From positions 1 through 51,201 of the forward strand of contig CAYRXE010000001.1 in NCBI GenBank assembly GCA_964428205.1: a stretch of DNA of 51,201 nt. Reading direction: 5' to 3'. Within the stretch, counting starts at the first letter, position 1; every line of letters starts with the position of its first letter. Origin of the DNA: an uncultured Candidatus Peribacteria bacterium. Its GTDB lineage: Bacteria; Patescibacteriota; Gracilibacteria; Peribacterales; Peribacteraceae. A program made the translations under genes and the position numbers. Below are positions 26,948 through 35,641 of the stretch, piece after piece. Below the pieces are notes generated by a model. The model worked only from the letters and a program-made list of their open reading frames with translations. It was not told the origin of the DNA and did not search any database.

Positions 26948-27958
26948 TTAAGAGAGGAAGAACAAAGGGGGTTCGGAGCTGGCAGGTTTGGCGGGCATCT
27001 CGTGGTCTTTGTACCAGGCAACCGTAGGCGAGAGACCTGCAGCCAAGGAATGCTGCGGGTTAAATCCGAGTGCCGTGAGCTTATGGATGTCAGGGCAGCG
27101 TCGCAAGGTTCCACCAGGTGCCTCCTCTCCAGGTTGGATAGCAAGGTCGACACCAAGCTCTTTACCAACCATCGTCGCGACATCGGCAATGGAGAGTTCT
27201 TCGAGTGTGCCAATGTGATACAGGTTCATGTGCTCGCCCTTGTCGATGACGAGCTGAAGACCGGCAGTGAAGTCGTCGATGTAAATAAATGAGCGTGTCT
27301 GCGTACCAGAACCTTGGATGGGAAACGGCAGAGGTCGCGTTTGATCTTTAGAGGAGAGTTCCTGTACGCGCTTAATGAACTGCGGAATCACGTGCTCCCA
27401 GCCCATCATGGGGCCGTAGACGTTATGCGGACGGAAAACGACCACACGCTCAAAGTACGAACGACCGTAGTTGAACGCCATGAGCTCGCTCAGGATTTTT
27501 CCACCACCGTAGGAGTAACGAGGATTCAGAGGATCAGGAACAGAAAGACCCACTGTCTCGGGAGTTGGGACCATGGGGGGCGTTTGGTAGACCTCGGAAC
27601 TCGAAGCCACGACGAGATCTTTCATACCTTCTTGAATACAGCTATCAATCACATTCACCATGCCCTTCACACCCACATCCAATACGTAGGCCGGATACTT
27701 ATAGAAGTACTCCGTGCCATTCACGAAAGCCAAGTGATGTACCTGGTCCATACCTTTGACGGCATTGCGCACGACCTTTGGATCGCGAATATCGCCGATC
27801 ACGATCTCGACGTCCTTTTCGCAGTCACCAAGTTTTTCGGTGGAACCGCGGGAAGAGTTATCGAGCACTCGAACCGTATCGCCACGCTTCACAAGAGAGC
27901 GCACGAGAGATGCGCCAAGAAAGCCAAGGCCGCCGGTGACGAGGATCTTCTTGCTCAT
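26948..27958 (-). CDS. NAD-dependent epimerase/dehydratase-family SDR, 336 aa
   Basis: Trimmed to MSKKILVTGGLGFLGASL. Motifs SSSEVY and YSYGGGK (YxxxK). TATAGT lies 10 nt upstream (reverse complement of 27969-74). Confidence 0.82.
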   Translation of the reverse strand: MSKKILVTGGLGFLGASLVRSLVKRGDTVRVLDNSSRGSTEKLGDCEKDVEIVIGDIRDPKVVRNAVKGMDQVHHLAFVNGTEYFYKYPAYVLDVGVKGMVNVIDSCIQEGMKDLVVASSSEVYQTPPMVPTPETVGLSVPDPLNPRYSYGGGKILSELMAFNYGRSYFERVVVFRPHNVYGPMMGWEHVIPQFIKRVQELSSKDQTRPLPFPIQGSGTQTRSFIYIDDFTAGLQLVIDKGEHMNLYHIGTLEELSIADVATMVGKELGVDLAIQPGEEAPGGTLRRCPDIHKLTALGFNPQHSLAAGLSPTVAWYKDHEMPAKPASSEPPLFFLS

Positions 27959-27978
27959 CGGTGCAAGCACTATAGCGA

Positions 27979-29016
27979 TTACCCGATGTTCACCCAATCC
28001 CCTGTTTGGCTCGATTTCACGGCTGCCTCGTAGATCAAATCTGACCGTAGCCCCTGCGTAAAGGAGGGCTCAAAGGGTGTCTTGTTTTCGATAGCCCTGA
28101 TGAGGCGAGTGGCGAAGACCCGGAACGGACGAACGCGTGCGTCGCCGGTGTCTTTGGGTTCGTCATTGAGGAGAACTTTGTCGTTGAGTGATACCTGGAT
28201 CCCACGTGCGTAATCCTGCGAGAGACTTTTGAGTGTCAGCACTCCCCTATCTCCTGTGATCGTGATGGAGAGACCCGTGCCTTCTGCTTCGACGTTACAC
28301 ACGTTGATGGTCACAGGTGTGCCTGCATCACTTTGAAGATCGATAGATACCGTGTCCTCTGCCGTGACAGCCTTGGTACCCGAATCACTGGGGCGCTCGG
28401 TGATCTTGGTATGCAGATGGCCTTTGAGTTTTTGCATTGGTCCACAGAGCCACTCCGCAGCATCAAAGAGATGTACGCCGAGCGCCCCCATCACACCTCC
28501 TCCTAGATTTTTGTCGCACTGCCACCTCCATGGGCGCGCGTGATCTGCCCAGGTTCCCACCATCCATTCAAACGTCGCACTTTGCAGGTTACCAATAGAA
28601 AGAAGTTCACTATGCAAAAGTTGCAGAGTGGGGAGTTCGCGGAATTCAAAGTCTACCGCATGACGTACATCTGCGACTTGCGCTGCATCAAGAAGTTCCT
28701 TCGCTTGAGCACCATGAAATGTGAAAGGCTTTTCGCAGAGCACGTGCTTCCCTGCCTTGATGGCAGCGAGTGTGAGTCGGTGGTGATCTAACGGAGGCGT
28801 CGCAATACTCACGAGTTGCACGCTTGGATGAGCGATGAGCTCCTCTGCACTCTGGAATGCTTGTGGCAGATGATGCTGCTCTGCGAGAGCCGCAGAACGA
28901 CCTGGATCTTTGGATGCAATGCCAATGACCTGAGCGCCTGGAACCTGCAAAAACCCCGGGAGCTGCACCAATGCTCCAAAGCCTGTGCCAATGATGCCGA
29001 CTCCAATAGAACTCAT
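27979..29016 (-). CDS. Gfo/Idh/MocA-family sugar oxidoreductase, 345 aa
   Basis: Trimmed to MSSIGVGIIGTGFGA. Motifs SIATPPLDHHRLTLAAIKAGKHVLCEKP. Confidence 0.82.
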   Translation of the reverse strand: MSSIGVGIIGTGFGALVQLPGFLQVPGAQVIGIASKDPGRSAALAEQHHLPQAFQSAEELIAHPSVQLVSIATPPLDHHRLTLAAIKAGKHVLCEKPFTFHGAQAKELLDAAQVADVRHAVDFEFRELPTLQLLHSELLSIGNLQSATFEWMVGTWADHARPWRWQCDKNLGGGVMGALGVHLFDAAEWLCGPMQKLKGHLHTKITERPSDSGTKAVTAEDTVSIDLQSDAGTPVTINVCNVEAEGTGLSITITGDRGVLTLKSLSQDYARGIQVSLNDKVLLNDEPKDTGDARVRPFRVFATRLIRAIENKTPFEPSFTQGLRSDLIYEAAVKSSQTGDWVNIG

Positions 29017-29019
29017 AAA

Positions 29020-29028
29020 AGTATAGTA
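29020..29028. promoter_or_regulatory. overlapping face-to-face -10-like boxes in a 29-bp divergent intergenic region
   Basis: Plus strand TATAGT (29022-27), 18 nt before ATG 29046. Minus strand TACTAT (reverse complement of 29023-28), 6 nt before ATG 29016. Confidence 0.35.
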
Positions 29029-29045
29029 CACTGTCGTCCATCCGC

Positions 29046-29762
29046 ATGAACCAGCTCGTCTCCATTGTCGCACCCGTATACAACGAAGCCGCAAACATCG
29101 CGCAGTTTGTGCGTGGCATAGAGGCAAATATCAAAGAACCACACGAGACGCTGATTATTTACGATTTTCCGGAGGACAATACGATCCCGGTGATCCACAG
29201 CATGGGTGACGAGGCAAAGAACGTGCGCTTGGTGCACAACACTCTTGGAAAAGGAGTGCTCAACGCCATCAAGGCTGGCTTCGCTGCAAGCAAAGGAGAT
29301 GTGATTGTGTTCATGGCTGCAGACTGCGCCGATGAACCTGCGGATGTGCCGCCGATGGTGAAGTTGATTCGTGAAGGAGCTGATGTTGTTGCCGGTTCTC
29401 GCTACATGCCGGGTGGAAAGCAGCATGGTAAAAAGTTTTTTAAGCAGTTCCTCTCTCGCTACGCCGGACTCACGCTCCACCACTTCGCAGGTCTGCCAAC
29501 CCATGATGCAACGAATAACTTCCGCGCCTACAGTCGCCGCGTCACAGAGTTACCTATCGAGACCACAGCCAGCTTTGCCCTGGGCATTGAGCTTGTGGTG
29601 AAAGCACATGCAAAAGGTTGGGTGATCAAGGAGATCCCCAGCACCTGGAAAGATCGCGTTGGGGGCGAATCGCGCTTTAGGCTGTTTGCGTGGCTTCCGG
29701 AGTACTTAAAGTGGTATTTCATGGCCTACAGGTACGCGTGGTTTCATAAGAAGGTGGATTGA
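29046..29762 (+). CDS. GT2 glycosyltransferase, Dpm1-like, 238 aa
   Basis: VSIVAPVYNE, GKGVLNAIKAGF, FMAADCADE, VVAGSRYMPGG. Confidence 0.82.
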   Translation: MNQLVSIVAPVYNEAANIAQFVRGIEANIKEPHETLIIYDFPEDNTIPVIHSMGDEAKNVRLVHNTLGKGVLNAIKAGFAASKGDVIVFMAADCADEPADVPPMVKLIREGADVVAGSRYMPGGKQHGKKFFKQFLSRYAGLTLHHFAGLPTHDATNNFRAYSRRVTELPIETTASFALGIELVVKAHAKGWVIKEIPSTWKDRVGGESRFRLFAWLPEYLKWYFMAYRYAWFHKKVD

Positions 29763-29828
29763 CGCTCACCCCGTTTCACTCGAAAATGCAGCCGTGATCC
29801 CCCGGTGGGATTTTTCTTCAAAACCCTC

Positions 29829-31022
29829 ATGTCTTCCCTTACGCCAAAAACAGTAACGATCGTCGGTGGCTGCGGCCACGTCGGCCTGCCCCTTGGTATG
29901 GCCTTCGCACAGAAGGGATACACCGTGTACCTGCTCGACATCAGTGCCGATGCGGTGAAGCGTGTGAACGAAGGAACCATGCCATTCATGGAAGATGATG
30001 CCGATGCCCTGCTCCCCGAGATGATCAAGAGTGGCAAGCTCAAGGCCACGACGGACTCTGCGGTACTCAAGGAGACCGAGAACGTGATTGTGACAATTGG
30101 TACGCCGGTGGATGAGTACTTGGATCCCTCCGTGCGCACGTTCGACCAGGCACTCCACACGATTGTGGAACAGATGGTCTCGGGTCAGCTCTTGGTGCTC
30201 CGCAGTACGGTGTTCCCCGGAGTGACCGAACGCTTGGGTGAACAGATGAAGGCGATGGGTCGCAGCGATATTGATTTGGCTTACTGCCCAGAGCGCATTG
30301 TGCAGGGTAAGTCCTTGCAGGAATTGGCCCAGCTTCCGCAGCTCATTGGTGGATTTACCGAGAGTGGCGCTAAGCGTGCAGCTGCGCTCTTCCAAGCGCT
30401 CGCTCCTATTTCGATCTTCCTTAAGCCCATCGAAGCAGAACTCGCCAAGCTCTACGCCAACGCCTGGCGCTACATCAACTTCGCAATCAGTAACCAATTC
30501 TGGGTCATCGCACAGCAGTTCGGAGCTGATTTCCAAAAGGTCCACAGCGCACTCTTGCAGGATTACCCCCGCATGAAGTCTTTCGCACGCGCAGGCTTTG
30601 CTGCCGGTCCTTGTCTTTTGAAAGACACGATGCAGCTCGGTGCTTTTAACCACGGCTCCTTCGTGCTTGGTCAGGCAGCCATGATGATCAACGAAGGTCT
30701 GCCATACATCTTTGTACAGCAAGTAAAAGAGACGCACGATCTTAAAAAAATGACGGTGGGCTTGCTCGGTATGGCCTTTAAGCCAGAGAGCGATGACATC
30801 CGCAGTTCCCTCTCCTACAAGCTCCAGAAGATCCTCGTACTCGAATCAAAGAAAGTTCTGTGTGCAGATCCCTATGTGAAAGATCCGCAGTTGGTGCCTG
30901 AAGAAGAAGTGCTCGCCAATGCAGACATCATCGTGATTGGCACGCCACACGAGCGCTATAAGACGATGCAGTTTAAGCAGCCTGTCGTGGACATCACCGG
31001 AGTGATTAAGCCCACGAAATAA
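29829..31022 (+). CDS. UDP-glucose/GDP-mannose dehydrogenase-family nucleotide-sugar dehydrogenase, 397 aa
   Basis: VTIVGGCGHVGLPLGMAFA, AYCPERIVQG and GFAAGPCLLKD (catalytic Cys). The start at ATG 29829 is uncertain; the ORF-track GTG 29805 is possible. Confidence 0.82.
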   Translation: MSSLTPKTVTIVGGCGHVGLPLGMAFAQKGYTVYLLDISADAVKRVNEGTMPFMEDDADALLPEMIKSGKLKATTDSAVLKETENVIVTIGTPVDEYLDPSVRTFDQALHTIVEQMVSGQLLVLRSTVFPGVTERLGEQMKAMGRSDIDLAYCPERIVQGKSLQELAQLPQLIGGFTESGAKRAAALFQALAPISIFLKPIEAELAKLYANAWRYINFAISNQFWVIAQQFGADFQKVHSALLQDYPRMKSFARAGFAAGPCLLKDTMQLGAFNHGSFVLGQAAMMINEGLPYIFVQQVKETHDLKKMTVGLLGMAFKPESDDIRSSLSYKLQKILVLESKKVLCADPYVKDPQLVPEEEVLANADIIVIGTPHERYKTMQFKQPVVDITGVIKPTK

Positions 31023-32618
31023 CTACCACACGAGCTTGTAAAGGCGCGTCATCTCCATGTACTTCGAAGCTTCTTTCTGGAGCACCAGGTTCTTCGCCAT
31101 CTTCGTGTAGATGTACTGGTAGAGCTTGTCTGGGCGCTGTTCTATACCGGGGATAAACAGATACTCTACTTTCTTATCCTTCAGGTACTGCGCGAGCGTG
31201 CCGTTATTGAGCGCTTCGTTTGCGAGAGGATCTATGTTGCCCGCAATGTCCTGCAAACGAACATCCGTAAAGAGTGAAATGCGGCCATAGTCTCTTGCGC
31301 CCACAATGGTCCCCGGCGGGAGATTCGTTTTAACCCAGTCGATGGCGTGCCAAAACTTCTCACTCTCCACAGGATCAGGATTACTGAAGAAGCCCATGTA
31401 CCTTGCCCACGGGAAACGCGTGGTCATTTGGTAGTACTTGTATCCCGAAAGCACGATGAGACAAATGGCGAGGAACACCACAGCCGTGCGCTTGAGCTTA
31501 TCGACCGGAATCTGCCACAAGAGATACGCGACGAAGATAAAGAGGATGTGAGTGGCTGGGTTGATATAGCGAAGGCCATGCAGGTTTGCGAAGTACCACT
31601 GGTACCCCACGAGCAGGGCAAAGAACGTACCGAAGTACAGGAAGGAGATGACCCCGAGCGTGCGAAGCTCTTTCTTGAGTGTTCCATACACGAGCGCTGC
31701 GAGCATAAAGAACGAACTTCCTGTCGCGATGGTGAAGAGTTCTTCGAGCTGGAAGACATTCCATCCGGAGATCTTGAGGTAGCGATAGAGATCGAATTGA
31801 GCGAAGTCGAACTGATGCCACGCGAGTGAGAGTTCGCGGCGGCCAACCTGGTTACCCGGGAAGGGTGAACCTGTTTGCACGAGCTGCCACGTCATAAAGG
31901 CTGCGAAGCACACACCCCAGAGGAGCAGCATGCCAAGAAGCAGCTTTCCTTGTTCTTTACGCTCCGTGCCCTGTGCCTTCCACCAACTGTAGGCCTGCAC
32001 ACAGAAGAGTGCGAAGAGCACAAAGATTCCATCGCCACGTGTGAGACACGTCAGGCCAAGCATCAATCCAATCACGGTTCCCCACGCAAAGTTTGACCAG
32101 TTCGCAGGACGACCAACGCCAAGGTAGGTGCCAATACTCAGCAACACAAAGAGTGTGAAGAGCACCGTATCCATACCGTTCATGCCGTTGAGGAAGGCAT
32201 TCCCCGTAAAGGTAGCGAGGATGAACGCCGTCCATGCCACGCGCTTATCTTGTGTGAGCTTTTGTGCGATGTAGAAGACGGCCACTGCACACAATGCGCC
32301 AATGACAGACGTCATGATCAACGTGGCACGAATAGCCATGTCGGCTCCAAAGAGCATGTGATTGAGCGAGCTTAGGTAGATCCACAAAAACGGCGCACCG
32401 GTCGTGGAGTGCACACCATCGAGCGTAAAGCCGAGTCCCATCGCAATGTTCTTTGCGACGCGCATTTCGATGAAGCTGTCATCAATCAACCAACTCGTGC
32501 TCGCAAGTCCGCGCATAGGGACGAGCAAGACGTAGCAGGCTTTTAAGAAGACGACTGTCGCCGAGGTAAACCAGACATACCACAAAGACAGAGAGGGCTT
32601 AGATTCAAGAGTAGGCAT
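31023..32618 (-). CDS. GT-C glycosyltransferase, ArnT/PMT_2-like polytopic membrane protein, 531 aa
   Basis: Loop-1 LIDDSFIEMRVAKNIAMGLGF. About 12 hydrophobic helices plus a C-terminal soluble domain. ATG 32618 is preferred because TATACT lies 6 nt upstream. Confidence 0.62.
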   Translation of the reverse strand: MPTLESKPSLSLWYVWFTSATVVFLKACYVLLVPMRGLASTSWLIDDSFIEMRVAKNIAMGLGFTLDGVHSTTGAPFLWIYLSSLNHMLFGADMAIRATLIMTSVIGALCAVAVFYIAQKLTQDKRVAWTAFILATFTGNAFLNGMNGMDTVLFTLFVLLSIGTYLGVGRPANWSNFAWGTVIGLMLGLTCLTRGDGIFVLFALFCVQAYSWWKAQGTERKEQGKLLLGMLLLWGVCFAAFMTWQLVQTGSPFPGNQVGRRELSLAWHQFDFAQFDLYRYLKISGWNVFQLEELFTIATGSSFFMLAALVYGTLKKELRTLGVISFLYFGTFFALLVGYQWYFANLHGLRYINPATHILFIFVAYLLWQIPVDKLKRTAVVFLAICLIVLSGYKYYQMTTRFPWARYMGFFSNPDPVESEKFWHAIDWVKTNLPPGTIVGARDYGRISLFTDVRLQDIAGNIDPLANEALNNGTLAQYLKDKKVEYLFIPGIEQRPDKLYQYIYTKMAKNLVLQKEASKYMEMTRLYKLVW

Positions 32619-32624
32619 GCAAAA

Positions 32625-32630
32625 AGTATA
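32625..32630 (-). promoter_or_regulatory. -10-like box TATACT, 6 nt upstream of ATG 32618
   Basis: Minus strand reads TATACT ttttgc ATG. Confidence 0.45.
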
Positions 32631-32657
32631 AAGAGGCTTCTTAGGAGTGCAAAGCAC

Positions 32658-33893
32658 TTACTTTTGCTGTTCGTAGTACCGAATGTAGGCCTCTGCCTGA
32701 TGTGCGACCAAGAACGCATCCATCGCGCGTGCATGTCCTGCGTCTCCCATGCGTGTGCGCAGATCCCCTTCTCTCAGGAGTCTGGCGAGGTACTGCGGAT
32801 ACTCAAGGCTACGTGGATCGCACACAAATCCTGTGACCTCGTGCTGCACAGCCTCTGGTGTGCCACCAAAAATTGTTCCAACGACCGGCTTACGGCACAC
32901 CATGGCCTCAAGGTTGGTTGATGGGAAGCAATCCAAACATACCGACGGTGTCGTGACGATCTCGGATGCATAGTACGCAAGACGCATGTCGTCCGGACCC
33001 AACCACCCTGCTGCTCTGCAGAACGTATCGAGTTCGGAATCGGCAATGCCTGCGAACGTCTGTATCACCGACCACATCGTTTTTTCTCCAGCGACGAGTA
33101 GGAGTGCATCGGGGAATTCCTGATGCAGAGACTTCATGGCCTGCAGCACTTGTGTGGATCCTTTGTCGACACTCAGGCGTCCGCCAAAGAGGATCACACG
33201 GCGACCTTCGAGGTTGTGCTTTTTCTTAAATGCTTCGAGTGCTGAGGCTTCGGGTTTCTGCCATTGAGCGAGATCCACACCGTTATGCACAACAAAGACG
33301 TTGGGGATGCCGTTTTGTGCGAGCGCCGTCTGGAGCGCTTTGCTTACCGCAAACACCTGATCGACGTAGGTTTGGAAGATATGGTGGATCCACCAGTTTC
33401 GTACCGGGTTGTATTGGAGCTTCGCTGCCCTCCAGTGTTCGCTCAGAGTCATGCGTGCATCGCGCTTTGGTCCTAGGTATGCAGCGGATACGACGCGCTT
33501 GTACGAGAAGCTTAAGACATCGTGCAACGTGATGAAGACTTTCGCTCCGAGTTTCTTACCAATGCGCAGTACGTCGTAGGTGAGGTACGCATGAATGTTG
33601 TGCGCATGCACAATGTCGGGTGCGAGCGCACGAAGTTCCTGTGTGAGCATCCACGAGACACTCGGTGAATACAGACAGTGATAGTGACGCAGTGATATGC
33701 GATACGACACCGGCAGGCTGATGACTCCCGGTAAGCGAATGATCTCTGGGGAACTCTCTCGGCGATGAGACGTGATGACCGTCACGCTGTGGCCCATGGC
33801 CGTGTATTGGCGCGCCAAATTCTCCACAATAGCAGCAACGCTATTGGTACCTCCGGTTGCCACGTAATCATCATTAACCAGAACGATCTTCAT
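32658..33893 (-). CDS. GT4 (GT-B) glycosyltransferase, 411 aa
   Basis: Trimmed to MKIVLVNDD. Motifs FGGRLSVDKG and NLEAMVCRKPVVGTIFGGTPEAVQHEVTGF. Confidence 0.85.
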   Translation of the reverse strand: MKIVLVNDDYVATGGTNSVAAIVENLARQYTAMGHSVTVITSHRRESSPEIIRLPGVISLPVSYRISLRHYHCLYSPSVSWMLTQELRALAPDIVHAHNIHAYLTYDVLRIGKKLGAKVFITLHDVLSFSYKRVVSAAYLGPKRDARMTLSEHWRAAKLQYNPVRNWWIHHIFQTYVDQVFAVSKALQTALAQNGIPNVFVVHNGVDLAQWQKPEASALEAFKKKHNLEGRRVILFGGRLSVDKGSTQVLQAMKSLHQEFPDALLLVAGEKTMWSVIQTFAGIADSELDTFCRAAGWLGPDDMRLAYYASEIVTTPSVCLDCFPSTNLEAMVCRKPVVGTIFGGTPEAVQHEVTGFVCDPRSLEYPQYLARLLREGDLRTRMGDAGHARAMDAFLVAHQAEAYIRYYEQQK

Positions 33894-33899
33894 AACCCC

Positions 33900-33905
33900 A
33901 TTGTA
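33900..33905 (-). promoter_or_regulatory. -10-like box TACAAT, 6 nt upstream of ATG 33893
   Basis: Minus strand reads TACAAT ggggtt ATG, inside the 17-nt gap after the upstream stop. Confidence 0.45.
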
Positions 33906-33910
33906 GCGGG

Positions 33911-35641
33911 TTATGGGTCCATTCGTACGATGCTCCAACGGTCATCGGACCAGACGGTCGTACCCTGTCCCCGTACGGAGCGCAGCTCAGGAGTAAGGTC
34001 TTGCTGAGCGTCAACTACCAAGTACGTGAGAGGATACAGATGAATTTTTTCGGTCAGACTTTTACGAACATACGCTCGGTATTCGGCGAGGTGTTTGGCA
34101 ACGACGTTATCGGGGATTGCTGTGTAATCACCCAAGTACTCGCGGTAGTAAATAGCGTAGATGCGACTACTCAATTCTTTACGGCGTGTCGTCGAAAAAT
34201 CTTTCGCAGCTTGTTGAGGGGTCACGCCCTTGAGCCAAAGCTCGAAGAAGTACGCATCGCGAGCCTGGGCATCGGAGACCAAATAGTTATTGGCGTTTGT
34301 GGATGTATAGACATCGACACTTGTGTAGATAGGAAGGAGATCGAGGAGATCCCACTGCGGTGAATACACCACTTCTCCTGCTTTGCCCTGTTCACGGAAG
34401 TAATCGACGACTGGCTCGTAACGCTGGAAGCTTGCCCAGAGTGGTGCCATTTCTCGATAGCGCCCTGTCTGCTGCCAAAAGCCCCAAGCAATACACAACA
34501 CGGCAATGATCCAGAACGATGATTTTAAGTTTTTTTGCAGCGAAGGCAGACCAGCGAGGAGCAGGAAGACTACGAGCACCGTAAAGGCACTCGCAAGTGG
34601 CTGAATGAAGTACCAGTGATAGTGATGCGGAACAATGAACTTACCTGTGATCACATGTTGATTGAGTGCGATGATGCCTGCGAGTCCGCAACCAAGAACT
34701 ACCGGCCAGTTCTTACCCCACAGAGGGCGATACACGAGCGCGATGATGGGGAAGAAGATTGCCCAAGCACCCATGATGGGCATGTGCGAAGCAATCATGC
34801 CAATCCGGCGCGAGCTATCGACGAAGAGTGGATGATGCGACACGTCGTACATGTGCATCAAATATGGAAGTACCAAGATGGCAAAGACTCCCAAGAGACC
34901 TGCAGCACGCTTGAGGCGTAGTTGGTCTTTGGAAAGGAAGTAGAGTGGTACGAGAAGACCGAGTACCACGACGGCAAACGTCCACGCGTACACATACGAC
35001 CACACGAGCACGAGCAGGGTCGCCATCGCTGCTGCTCCACGCGCATATCCTCCGCGCTGGATGTACAGAGAAAGTAGCCACAGGAAGCCAAAAAACCATG
35101 GTCCGGTCCAAAGCGGATTTACGGGCCTGGAGAAGCGAAGGTAATCAAACACAGGGGCGTCTGGATTGGGCACGCGGAAGACTGAGAGGATCTCCCACGG
35201 TGAGCCGAGGAACTTTCCTGCAAAGAGCAGGACGATGACTGCGAGAAGCGCTGCCCACTTATTGCTGGTGACGGACGAAAAGAATCCGACCATTGTGAAT
35301 ACGAGCGCAATAGCACCAAGAACACTAAAGAGCATGAACGCGTAGACAGGATCAATGTGCAGTAACCACGCAGTGCCCGCGATCGCCATCTCGGGAGTAG
35401 GAGGCTGCAAGAATGGCTGATCTTTTGGTGAGCTGTAGAAGGTGTTTCCGGTTTCCCAGAAGCCATCGGCAATCTCGCGCACACGAGCGGCGTAGTGAAT
35501 CTCCGCATCGGTCGGCATTATCACAATGCCTGCAAAGTTCGAGCTGGGATCAATGCGCTGCGCTACGTACGGCAACACGGCCGCAGCTGCGAAGAGCAAA
35601 GCCACGAGACCAGTACTAAGGAGAAAGCGAGTATCACGCAT
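33911..35641 (-). CDS. polytopic membrane protein with C-terminal soluble domain, GT-C-like (paralog of 4457..6097), 576 aa
   Basis: Trimmed to MRDTRFLL (8-nt ATGCGTGA overlap with the upstream stop). Loop-1 TDAEIHYAARVREIADG parallels EDESMYLVRLQE of 4457..6097. About 12 or more hydrophobic helices. Confidence 0.55.
   Translation of the reverse strand: MRDTRFLLSTGLVALLFAAAAVLPYVAQRIDPSSNFAGIVIMPTDAEIHYAARVREIADGFWETGNTFYSSPKDQPFLQPPTPEMAIAGTAWLLHIDPVYAFMLFSVLGAIALVFTMVGFFSSVTSNKWAALLAVIVLLFAGKFLGSPWEILSVFRVPNPDAPVFDYLRFSRPVNPLWTGPWFFGFLWLLSLYIQRGGYARGAAAMATLLVLVWSYVYAWTFAVVVLGLLVPLYFLSKDQLRLKRAAGLLGVFAILVLPYLMHMYDVSHHPLFVDSSRRIGMIASHMPIMGAWAIFFPIIALVYRPLWGKNWPVVLGCGLAGIIALNQHVITGKFIVPHHYHWYFIQPLASAFTVLVVFLLLAGLPSLQKNLKSSFWIIAVLCIAWGFWQQTGRYREMAPLWASFQRYEPVVDYFREQGKAGEVVYSPQWDLLDLLPIYTSVDVYTSTNANNYLVSDAQARDAYFFELWLKGVTPQQAAKDFSTTRRKELSSRIYAIYYREYLGDYTAIPDNVVAKHLAEYRAYVRKSLTEKIHLYPLTYLVVDAQQDLTPELRSVRGQGTTVWSDDRWSIVRMDP

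Noticed and set aside
29766-30737. 323-aa ORF on the minus strand
   Set aside because: It is antisense to the nucleotide-sugar dehydrogenase gene (GxGxxG and catalytic Cys motifs on the plus strand). It is a shadow ORF with no domain signature.
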